Source of the DNA: Desulfomonilia bacterium
Lineage (GTDB): Bacteria > Desulfobacterota > Desulfomonilia > UBA1062
Length of the DNA: 64,000 bases
Reading direction: 5' to 3'
Assembly: GCA_050014195.1 (NCBI GenBank)
Contig: JBEKDT010000001.1
Location: forward strand, 128,001 to 192,000
Shown here: positions 1-8,418 of the stretch, piece after piece
Layout of the letters: every line of letters starts with the position of its first letter
Position numbering within the stretch: the stretch's first letter is position 1
The notes under the pieces: generated by a model
The model's input: only the letters and a program-made list of their open reading frames with translations
What the model was told of the DNA's origin: nothing
Databases searched by the model: none
Position numbers and translations under genes: made by a program

Positions 1-694
1 TTTGACCTTCAAATATTGGTACGCGCATTATCATATCGTGAAGGACTGCTCCAATTTGATAAAAAGTCACTGCTCGCCATCCATCGCGTGAATTTTCTTC
101 TAAACGAAATAAAAACTCTGGAGAACTATATCTAAGGGTCCCAACAAAACGCTGAGTATTAGTTGAATCGGTTAGTTCATTTTTACCCAAAGGTTTAATA
201 ACTCCAAAATCAAGCAATACTGCTTTGGAATAATCACGACTTACTACTATATTATCTGGCTTAATATCACGATGAGCCAAATCAAGTGATTCAATGAACT
301 TAGCGGCGGAAGCAATTTGAGTAACAAGTGTCCCGATTTTATTACGAGGAATCTTCTTGATAAGACTGGATAATGGGACTGCGTCAATATGCTGCATCAC
401 GAGAAAGTAGCATTTAATCTCTTTTGAATATCCGCCACCATATATTTCAATAAGATTTGGATGTTTCTTGGAAACTAGTGTCAACTGCCTTTCTAACCGT
501 ATTTTTAATTCCTCAATTTCATTCTTCCCAAGAAAGTCAGTCTCAAATATTTTTATTGCTGAGATTTTGTCATTATTCCTAGCTTCGCATACGAAGGCCG
601 TCTTGCCAGATCCAATGTAATCGCCAATTGTCCAGTCGGAGATAGTTTTAGTCTTAATCTCACTGGCTCTCTTTTTTGCAAGTTCTTCATTCAT
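1..694 (-). CDS. Ser/Thr protein kinase (Hanks type), 5' part; runs off the window start
   Basis: Not in the ORF track. Manual translation from ATG at 694: MNEELAKK...YIGSGKTAFV (Gly loop)...AIKIF...HRDIKPDN...DFG...GTLRYSSPE; frame open to the window edge; AT-rich. Confidence 0.9.
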   Translation of the reverse strand, partial: MNEELAKKRASEIKTKTISDWTIGDYIGSGKTAFVCEARNNDKISAIKIFETDFLGKNEIEELKIRLERQLTLVSKKHPNLIEIYGGGYSKEIKCYFLVMQHIDAVPLSSLIKKIPRNKIGTLVTQIASAAKFIESLDLAHRDIKPDNIVVSRDYSKAVLLDFGVIKPLGKNELTDSTNTQRFVGTLRYSSPEFLFRLEENSRDGWRAVTFYQIGAVLHDMIMRVPIFEGQ

Positions 695-1282
695 AACTGG
701 ACCAGCATAAGATTAACCAAATTAGAAGCTTCAATAGTTTTATCCCTCCTATATAATTATATCATTTATATATGGCAGTGTAAAACCAATTAAATTTTAT
801 GCGTTAACTCTTAATTATCATGGTATCATTTAATGCTTGAATGGAATGTAAGTAAATGGCCTAGTAAAAGACTTAAGATAAAAAAATATGTTCAGTATTA
901 AATCGCCGATAACAAGGAATACGTACTGCTGCAGGGCCAGAGTATTAAATATGAATGGGCCAGAACTGACAATTTGAACATGTGACCTGAAAAGCATAAA
1001 TCTCAAGAGGTTCATAATATTAACTGTAAGAAAAGCTTATATTAATCGCAAGTATATGAACTCTGATATAGTATTTAATAAACATCTCATGATATAAAAT
1101 AATAGGTTGCGGACCTGTGGTTCCACACCATGAAATCGTTGATCATGGTCTATGCGAATGGGAGGTAATCTGTTTATCCAAGGTAATGAGAATGAAATAT
1201 CCGTGTCGGTCATTATATATTCTGATACGCTGCTGATCCGTAGCTCTTAATGGCAAATTGAACTCGGTACCGGGGGAAAACA

Positions 1283-2833
1283 ATGAATCATAACGGCAAC
1301 AACATCGAAGCCCAGCTGTGGGACGCAGCAGACGAACTGCGAGCTAATTCCAAGCTGAAGTCTTCGGAATACTCCGTCCCGGTGTTGGGGCTGGTCTTTC
1401 TACGCTATGCCGACCACAAGTTCCAGGTGGCGGCGAAAGAACTGGCGGGCACAAGCGCCGGACGGCGCACCATAGGCCCGGCTGACTATCAGGCGCGGGG
1501 CGTGCTCTATCTGCCCGAGACAGCACGTTTCTCGGCGCTGATACAATTGCCCGAAGGGGCCAACATCGGTCAGGCCATCAACGACGCCATGCGCGCCATC
1601 GAGACGGAGAACCCTGACCTCAAGGACGTGTTGCCCAAGGCCTACAACCGCTTCGAGAACGCCCTGCTCAAGGAACTGCTCAAGACTATGAACTCCGTCC
1701 CCATGGACATCGAGGGGGACGCCTTCGGCAAGATTTACGAATACTTCCTCGGCCACTTCGCCATGAGCGAAGGCCAAAAGGGTGGCGAGTTTTTCACCCC
1801 TATTGCCATCGTCCAGCTCATCGTCGGCATCATCGAACCCTTCCATGGGCGCATCTTCGACCCGGCCTGCGGCTCCGGCGGCATGTTCGTGCAGAGCGCC
1901 AGCTTTGTCGCCGAGCATAAAAAGAACCCCAGTGCCGAGCTGAGTGTCTATGGCCAGGAGAAGGTGGCTGAAACCGTCCGGCTGGGCAAGATGAACCTAG
2001 CGGTGCACGGACTGGCCGGGGACATCCGCCAGGGCAATGCCTACTACGAAGACCTACACCGCTCCACCGGCAAGTTCGACTTCGTGATGGCCAATCCACC
2101 CTTCAACGTTGACCGGGTGAATAAAGACCGGCTCAAGGATGACCCGCGCTTTCCCTTCGGTCTACCCCGCACCGACAACGCCAACTACCTCTGGATTCAG
2201 CTCTTCTACAGCGCGCTTTCTGACACCGGCCGCGCCGGATTCGTCATGGCCAACTCCGCCTCCGACGCCCGCGGCTCGGAACAGGACATCCGCAAGCAAC
2301 TCATCGAAGCCTGCGCCGTGGATGTAATGGTGGCAGTCGGCTCCAACTTCTTCTACACGGTGACGCTTCCCTGCACACTTTGGTTCTTCGACCGGGGCAA
2401 GCGCAAGACTGCCCGTACCGACCAGGTACTCTTCATTGACGCCCGCCACCTCTACCGCCAGATAGACCGTGCCCACCGCGACTGGACCCCGGCCCAGATC
2501 GAGTTCCTAGCCAACATCGCACGGCTCTACCGAGCCGAGGCAGTCGAGAACCTGCACGACAGCGGCGGGCTAATGGCCCAGCATTTCCCTGATGGCACAT
2601 ACACCGACGTGGCAGGGCTGTGCAAGGTGGCGACGCTGGCAGAGATCGAAGCCCAGGGCTGGAGCATCAACCCCGGTCGCTATGTGGGTGTAGCCGCCCG
2701 CACCGAGGAGGATTTCGACTTCAAGGAGCGGCTGGAGGATCAGAACGAAGAATTGGAAACCCTCAACGCCGAGGCCCGGGAACTGGAAGAGCGGATCGCG
2801 GAGAATGTGGCAATGTTGTTGGAGCGGGAGTGA
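1283..2833 (+). CDS. hsdM: Type I R-M N6-adenine methyltransferase subunit
   Basis: [14 protein letters not shown] (motif I), NPPFN (motif IV), [10 protein letters not shown]-terminus. Confidence 0.97.
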   Translation: MNHNGNNIEAQLWDAADELRANSKLKSSEYSVPVLGLVFLRYADHKFQVAAKELAGTSAGRRTIGPADYQARGVLYLPETARFSALIQLPEGANIGQAINDAMRAIETENPDLKDVLPKAYNRFENALLKELLKTMNSVPMDIEGDAFGKIYEYFLGHFAMSEGQKGGEFFTPIAIVQLIVGIIEPFHGRIFDPACGSGGMFVQSASFVAEHKKNPSAELSVYGQEKVAETVRLGKMNLAVHGLAGDIRQGNAYYEDLHRSTGKFDFVMANPPFNVDRVNKDRLKDDPRFPFGLPRTDNANYLWIQLFYSALSDTGRAGFVMANSASDARGSEQDIRKQLIEACAVDVMVAVGSNFFYTVTLPCTLWFFDRGKRKTARTDQVLFIDARHLYRQIDRAHRDWTPAQIEFLANIARLYRAEAVENLHDSGGLMAQHFPDGTYTDVAGLCKVATLAEIEAQGWSINPGRYVGVAARTEEDFDFKERLEDQNEELETLNAEARELEERIAENVAMLLERE

Positions 2834-4116
2834 TGAAAGGAAATCCCAGGCGCTCCGTTAAACTTGGCGACCTTTTCACAATCAAGCATGGTTATGCGTT
2901 CAAAGGGGAACACTTCGGCACAGAGGGCTCACACATCGTTCTTACTCCTGGCAACTTCTTCGACGAAGGTGGCTTTAAGAAGAAGGGGGACAAAGAAAAA
3001 TGGTATTCGGGCAAAATCCCCGAGGACTACATCCTGTTTCGCGGTGACCTTCTTGTAGCCATGACCGAGCAAGCGGAAGGACTTCTCGGAAGTTCCGCAA
3101 TAGTTCCTGAAGGCGGCCGTTACCTCCATAATCAGCGCCTTGGACTCATCCAGAATTTTAACGATGTTGATAAGCGCTTCCTCTACTATCTCTTCAATTC
3201 GCAAACGGTCAGACAGCAAATCAGAGCCAGCTGCAGTGGGGTCAAAGTTCGGCATACATCACCATCTCGGATTTACGATGTCAAGGTGGCTATCCCCCCC
3301 CTCCCTACGCAGCGGAAGATCGCGGCAATACTCTCGGCTTACGACGACCTGATCGAGAACAACCTGCAGCGGATCAAGATTCTGGAGAAGATGGCGCAGA
3401 ACCTCTACCGCGAGTGGTTCGTTAAGCTCCGATTTCCCGGCCACCAGCACGCCCGCTTTGTCGATTCTCCTCTCGGCCGGATTCCGGAGGGGTGGGAGGT
3501 GGTGGCCTTGGAAGACGTTTGCAGTAGAATTACTGACGGATCACATCACAGCCCTAAGTCCGTCGAGTTCGGATATCCAATGGCATCAGTCAAAGATATG
3601 CACGATTGGGGAATCAACATCGATACATGCCGAAAAATCAGTGAAGATGATTTTCAAAACCTGGTTCGTAATGACTGCAAGATGCTGAAGGATGACGTGC
3701 TTATAGCAAAGGATGGCAGCTACCTAAAGCACTGTTTTGTAGTCGAGAAAGATCTTGATGTCGCATTATTATCATCAATAGCTATGCTTCGGCCTAACAA
3801 AAGAATTAATCCTCATGTTTTAGCGATGATACTCCGGGAGCCAGACATGAAGATTAGAATGACAGGTTTTGTTTCTGGCGCAGCTTTGCCCAGAATAATT
3901 TTGCAAGCTTTCCGACAGTTTCAGATCATATTGCCGCATATTGCACTACAGGAACGATGGGCAGCATCTGCTGAGCCTATGATTCAGCTTTGTTGGCGTT
4001 TGCTCAATGCGAATGCAAACCTCCGCTGCACCCGCAATCTGATGCTGCCCATGCTCATCTCCGGCGAAGTGGACGTGTCAGAACTGGATATCACTGTTTC
4101 CGAGGAGGCTGCATGA
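2833..4116 (+). CDS. hsdS: Type I R-M specificity subunit
   Basis: ATG overlaps hsdM stop (TGATG); two TRDs separated by PPLPTQRKIAAILSAYDDLIENN and IPEGW; C-terminal LPMLISGEVDV. Confidence 0.95.
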   Translation: MKGNPRRSVKLGDLFTIKHGYAFKGEHFGTEGSHIVLTPGNFFDEGGFKKKGDKEKWYSGKIPEDYILFRGDLLVAMTEQAEGLLGSSAIVPEGGRYLHNQRLGLIQNFNDVDKRFLYYLFNSQTVRQQIRASCSGVKVRHTSPSRIYDVKVAIPPLPTQRKIAAILSAYDDLIENNLQRIKILEKMAQNLYREWFVKLRFPGHQHARFVDSPLGRIPEGWEVVALEDVCSRITDGSHHSPKSVEFGYPMASVKDMHDWGINIDTCRKISEDDFQNLVRNDCKMLKDDVLIAKDGSYLKHCFVVEKDLDVALLSSIAMLRPNKRINPHVLAMILREPDMKIRMTGFVSGAALPRIILQAFRQFQIILPHIALQERWAASAEPMIQLCWRLLNANANLRCTRNLMLPMLISGEVDVSELDITVSEEAA

Positions 4117-4826
4117 GTGAGGTCTTTAATATTTACTGTGATGAGTCCTGCCATCTGGAAAACGACAAGCAAAAGGTAATGGTTCTGGGTGCTGTGTGGT
4201 GTCCTCAGGATAAAACACAGGAGATCGCGATACGGCTGCGTGAAATCAAGAAAAAACATGGTATGCCAACCCCGTTCGAGGTGAAATGGACCAAGGTTTC
4301 ACCGGCCAAAAAGGACCTTTATCTCGACCTCATCGATTATTTTTTCGATGACGACGATCTCCATTTTAGGGCGCTGATCGTACCGGAGAAGGACAAGCTG
4401 CAGCATGATGCCTTTCCAGGGCAGGACCACGACACTTGGTATTACAAGATGTACTTTGACATGCTCAAGGTCATCCTCCGACCGGATGCTCGATATCGGA
4501 TCTATCTTGACATAAAGGACACTAAGGGGGCTAAAAAGGCCGCCCAACTTCATGATGTGCTATGTAATAACATGTACGACTTCTCCCGCGAGGTGATCGA
4601 GCGTTTACAGTTGGTTCACTCACACGAGATCGAGCAGTTGCAGTTGGCGGATTTAATGATCGGTGCTATCGCTTATCTGAACCGGGGCCTAAGGGGTAAT
4701 GCCGGGAAAATAGCCTTGATAGAGAGAATGCAACAACGGTCAAGATATAGTTTGACGAAAACAACACTTTTACAGGAGGAGAAGGTCAATCTCTTTCGCT
4801 GGCATGCGATGGAGGTTCAGGGATGA
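4113..4826 (+). CDS. DUF3800-family protein (RNase H-like fold predicted)
   Basis: N-terminal IYCDESCHL and C-terminal QLADL motifs; ATGA overlap with hsdS stop. Confidence 0.8.
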   Translation: MSEVFNIYCDESCHLENDKQKVMVLGAVWCPQDKTQEIAIRLREIKKKHGMPTPFEVKWTKVSPAKKDLYLDLIDYFFDDDDLHFRALIVPEKDKLQHDAFPGQDHDTWYYKMYFDMLKVILRPDARYRIYLDIKDTKGAKKAAQLHDVLCNNMYDFSREVIERLQLVHSHEIEQLQLADLMIGAIAYLNRGLRGNAGKIALIERMQQRSRYSLTKTTLLQEEKVNLFRWHAMEVQG

Positions 4827-5323
4827 GCAATTCGTCCGACTGGCTGCCGTCGTTGGTTCTGTTAAAGGATTTCAAGGGGAACTGGGATGCCTACCTAGAT
4901 GCCATTTATACGTATTTCAAACAGGATTTCATAGAACATAAGCCGGTATTTCAGGGACGACGTCTCGGATTAAAACGGCATCCGCTATCTCATGGCAAAG
5001 AAGCAACATTCTGGCACATGATCCAAGAGGGTACGGTCGAAGAGGAACGTACTCCGGATTTACGACGTTGCGAGCGGATTCGCTGGCCGAAGCCAATTAT
5101 TGAGCATGATGAAGATCCTAAAGTCAAGTACTGGGTATCCGTCAAGAACAAGGAGGATCGAATTCATATCTGGCTGGAAGAGGAGAACTACTTGGTGGTA
5201 CTCGCTGACAGAAACGGATATCTGCTGCCTTGGACGGCTTTTCTGGTAACAAGGGAACACACACGGAAAAAACTGATGAGAGAATGCGAAGTGTACTGGA
5301 AGAACCAGGCTCTAAATAGCTGA
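4823..5323 (+). CDS. Hypothetical 166-aa protein coupled to the DUF3800 gene; possible RNase-type toxin
   Basis: ATGA overlap; FWH..R.PDLRRCERIRW.KPIIE motif; fold assignment is inference. Confidence 0.6.
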   Translation: MSNSSDWLPSLVLLKDFKGNWDAYLDAIYTYFKQDFIEHKPVFQGRRLGLKRHPLSHGKEATFWHMIQEGTVEEERTPDLRRCERIRWPKPIIEHDEDPKVKYWVSVKNKEDRIHIWLEEENYLVVLADRNGYLLPWTAFLVTREHTRKKLMRECEVYWKNQALNS

Positions 5324-5377
5324 TGCCGCCTCGAGAGACGGCATCGTAACTCCTTCCACACATGGTGGATGAGCTAT
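5316..5377 (-). ncRNA. Candidate structured ncRNA (three-way junction) at the 3' end of the 166-aa gene
   Basis: Closing stem ATAGCT(5316-21)/AGCTAT(5372-77); hairpin GATGCCG(5322-28)/CGGCATC(5339-45); hairpin TCCAC(5355-59)/GTGGA(5365-69); no U-tract; strand inferred from minus-strand TTGACT(5410-05)-17nt-GATAAA. Confidence 0.5.
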
Positions 5378-5530
5378 ATGCTTTATCGGGCTATTGAGCA
5401 TAAAAGTCAAGTATGATCACGTTGGGGGATGATAATTGACGAATTACTTGGAAAACACCATAGTTGGACAACCGGCAGTCACCTTGCTAGCGGCCCCGGG
5501 CCTCAGCATTCCCGAGGAGGCCAGCGTACT

Positions 5531-6304
5531 ATGAACCTCCATTATGACAAAACACCCTACGATACAATCGCCGCGGCGATCCCTATGTATGGCGGAAGAG
5601 AATTTCAATCACCGACCCGCTCAACTGTGCCTTTATTGTCCTGGCTGAAGTATGAACAACCGATGGTAAATTCACTGTTGCGAGACATGGGCCTGCACCC
5701 AGACTGTACTCTGCATCTCGAATACACTGTTGCGCCTCAGCAAGGGGCAGGTGTGGCGTCACATACCGATCTGATGGTGAGACAGCAAGGATGCGCCCTT
5801 GCCATTGAAGCCAAATGGACTGAGCCACGCTATGACACGGTTAGCAAGTGGTTAAAGAAGGGATCAAATCTTCAAAATCGCAAAGATGTGCTTACTGGTT
5901 GGCTGGGCTTGCTCCAAAAACATGCAATGCATGAGCTACACATAGAAGATTTTTCTGGAGCCATTTACCAAATGGTGCATCGTGCGGCCTCCGCTTGTGC
6001 GGTTGGGGAAAAGCCCAAATTGGCGTATTTAGTGTTCAAGCCCTCACCTGATCCAAGAACAGCAGTTATACAGACGATCCGTGATGATCTCACGCATTTG
6101 TGGAACTTGTTGGGCTGCCCCAAAGGATTTCCCTTTTATGTGGTTGAGTTGTCCCTCTCTCCGACGGCTGCATTCGATGCGATTGCGTCGCTGCCGAAAG
6201 GGAAGGAGGCAACGGACGAGACTGTGCGAGGTGCCTTGTTTAACGTACAGCTCTTTGATTTTTCAGAGTATGAATTGCGCACCGTAAACGGAGGTTGTGT
6301 CTGA
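5531..6304 (+). CDS. PD-(D/E)XK nuclease-like protein (DUF6946-like)
   Basis: TDLMV...AIEAKWTEP and YQMVHR motifs; GGAGG RBS before ATG 5531. Confidence 0.6.
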   Translation: MNLHYDKTPYDTIAAAIPMYGGREFQSPTRSTVPLLSWLKYEQPMVNSLLRDMGLHPDCTLHLEYTVAPQQGAGVASHTDLMVRQQGCALAIEAKWTEPRYDTVSKWLKKGSNLQNRKDVLTGWLGLLQKHAMHELHIEDFSGAIYQMVHRAASACAVGEKPKLAYLVFKPSPDPRTAVIQTIRDDLTHLWNLLGCPKGFPFYVVELSLSPTAAFDAIASLPKGKEATDETVRGALFNVQLFDFSEYELRTVNGGCV

Positions 6305-8418
6305 TGAAAGCCACAGAAGCCAAATTTTTGGACTTTATTAAAAAATCGCCGCAGTTTGTCATACCTATCTACCAGCGCACCTATTCATGGACTGAGCGGG
6401 AATGCCGGCAACTCTGGGACGATATTGCGCGCACCGGCGAGAACGAAGCGGTGTCGGCCCATTTCGTCGGCTCCATCGTGTATATCGAGAAGGGATTGTA
6501 TCATGTGACGAGCCAGTCGCCCCTTTTGGTCATCGACGGCCAGCAACGCCTAACCACGATAGCGCTGATGATTGCTGCCCTGGCGAAGGCGCTGGAGAAT
6601 CTTCCCGAGGGCAACCGGGAGCCGGTGGACGGCTTTTCACCGCGCAAGCTGCGCAATTACTACCTCATAAACCCTGAAGAAGAAGGCGAGCGGCACTACA
6701 AACTCATCCTCTCCCAGACCGACAGAGACTCGCTCATTGCTGTTGTTGCCGGAAACGAGTGGCCTAAAGAATATTCCCGACGCATCACGGAAAACCATGA
6801 ACTTTTCGAATCATGGATTGCAGGATGTAAAGGCAACCTAACCGCATTGTGCAAAGGTATCGCCAAGCTGATGGTGGTGGACATAGCGCTGAGCCGGGAT
6901 CAGGACAATCCGCAGTTGATCTTTGAAAGCATGAATTCCACTGGACGGGAGCTGACCCAGGCCGATTTAATCCGCAACTTCATTCTGATGGGGCTGGAAC
7001 CGACACTGCAGACCCGCCTCTATGAGAACTACTGGCGGCCTATGGAACTGTATTTTGGGCAGGAGGCCTACGGCACACACTTTGACGGTTTCATGCGCCA
7101 TTATCTGACGGTTAAGACCGGTGATATTCCAAGATTGGACGCAGTGTATGATGCCTTCAAGGCTCACGCCCGGTCTCCTGAAGTGGCGGGGGCAGGAGTG
7201 GAATCATTAGTGGCCGACATTCGAGACTTTGCACGATATTTTTGTGCCATGGCTCTGGGGGCCGAGACCGATTCTGTTCTTAAGCTCGCCTTTCATGATC
7301 TGCGCGAGCTGAAGGTGGATGTTGCCTATCCCTTCCTGTTGGAGTTGTATCACGATTATGTTGGGGATAAGTTATCGAAGCAAGATTTTGCGGCGGCAGT
7401 GCGGCTGATCGAGGCGTATGTCTTCCGCCGAGCCATTTGCAACATCCCTACCAATTCGCTTAACAAGACCTTTGCGACCTTTACAAAGGTTCTGAAAAAA
7501 GATCGCTATCTGGAAAGCATCCAGGCCCACCTACTTCTACTGCCCTCCTATCGGCGCTTTCCGAACGATGAGGAGTTCAAGCGGGAGTTGCAAGTACGTG
7601 ATCTTTACAATTTTAGAAGTCGCAGTTACTGGCTGAGGCGACTGGAAAACCACGGGCGCAAGGAGCGTGTGGAGGTGGACGAATATACGATTGAGCATAT
7701 ACTACCTCAGAACGAGAACCTGTCCAAAGTGTGGAAGGAAGCTCTGGGAGCGGAATGGGAACGTATCCGTGAAACCTGGCTGCATACCCTCGGTAATTTG
7801 ACACTGACTGGTTATAACTCGGAATACAGTGACCGGCCTTTTATCGAGAAGCGCGATATGCCAGGCGGCTTTAAGGAAAGTCCCCTCAGACTGAATCAAG
7901 GACTTGGTCCGCTTGAACAGTGGAATGAGGAAACGATCAAGGCGCGCGCTCAACGCTTGAGCGAGGCTGCGGTGACGGTCTGGCGTGTGCCACAACTGGC
8001 CGCCGATGTGCTGACCACCTATCAGCCCCGCGCGAAATCACCCTCGGATTATTCGATAGAAGACCATCCTCATCTGTTAAGTGGTGTGGGACGAGAACTG
8101 TTCGAAGCGTTTCGCAAGGAAGTGTTGGCGCTCGATCCCGTCGTCAGCGAGGAGTTTCTCAAGCTCTATGTGGCTTACAAGGCCGAGACCAACTTTGTCG
8201 ATGTGGTTCCGAAGGCAAAGCGGCTGCGGTTATCACTGAATATGCCTTTTGCCGACATTACCGATCCCCGCGGCCTGTGTAAGGATATTACCGGCATTTT
8301 TCGCTGGGGCAATGGCGATGTGGAAGTGGGATTCACCTCGTTGGAAGAACTGCCTTATATTATGGGGCTGGTGCGCCAGTCCTTTGAGCGGCAAATGGGG
8401 AATGGGAGTGAGCAATGA
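6304..8418 (+). CDS. GmrSD-like type IV restriction protein (DUF262-DUF1524 HNH plus DUF5655-like C-terminus)
   Basis: IPIYQRTYSW, DGQQRLTT, FESMNSTG; EHILPQ and GNLTL.YN HNH-like motifs. Confidence 0.88.
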   Translation: MKATEAKFLDFIKKSPQFVIPIYQRTYSWTERECRQLWDDIARTGENEAVSAHFVGSIVYIEKGLYHVTSQSPLLVIDGQQRLTTIALMIAALAKALENLPEGNREPVDGFSPRKLRNYYLINPEEEGERHYKLILSQTDRDSLIAVVAGNEWPKEYSRRITENHELFESWIAGCKGNLTALCKGIAKLMVVDIALSRDQDNPQLIFESMNSTGRELTQADLIRNFILMGLEPTLQTRLYENYWRPMELYFGQEAYGTHFDGFMRHYLTVKTGDIPRLDAVYDAFKAHARSPEVAGAGVESLVADIRDFARYFCAMALGAETDSVLKLAFHDLRELKVDVAYPFLLELYHDYVGDKLSKQDFAAAVRLIEAYVFRRAICNIPTNSLNKTFATFTKVLKKDRYLESIQAHLLLLPSYRRFPNDEEFKRELQVRDLYNFRSRSYWLRRLENHGRKERVEVDEYTIEHILPQNENLSKVWKEALGAEWERIRETWLHTLGNLTLTGYNSEYSDRPFIEKRDMPGGFKESPLRLNQGLGPLEQWNEETIKARAQRLSEAAVTVWRVPQLAADVLTTYQPRAKSPSDYSIEDHPHLLSGVGRELFEAFRKEVLALDPVVSEEFLKLYVAYKAETNFVDVVPKAKRLRLSLNMPFADITDPRGLCKDITGIFRWGNGDVEVGFTSLEELPYIMGLVRQSFERQMGNGSEQ

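Noticed and set aside
830-1015. 61-aa ORF between kinase and hsdM
   Set aside because: Short, AT-rich, no motif or clear RBS
2620-2832. Extended HsdS N-terminus
   Set aside because: Overlaps hsdM in another frame; TGATG coupling gives start 2833
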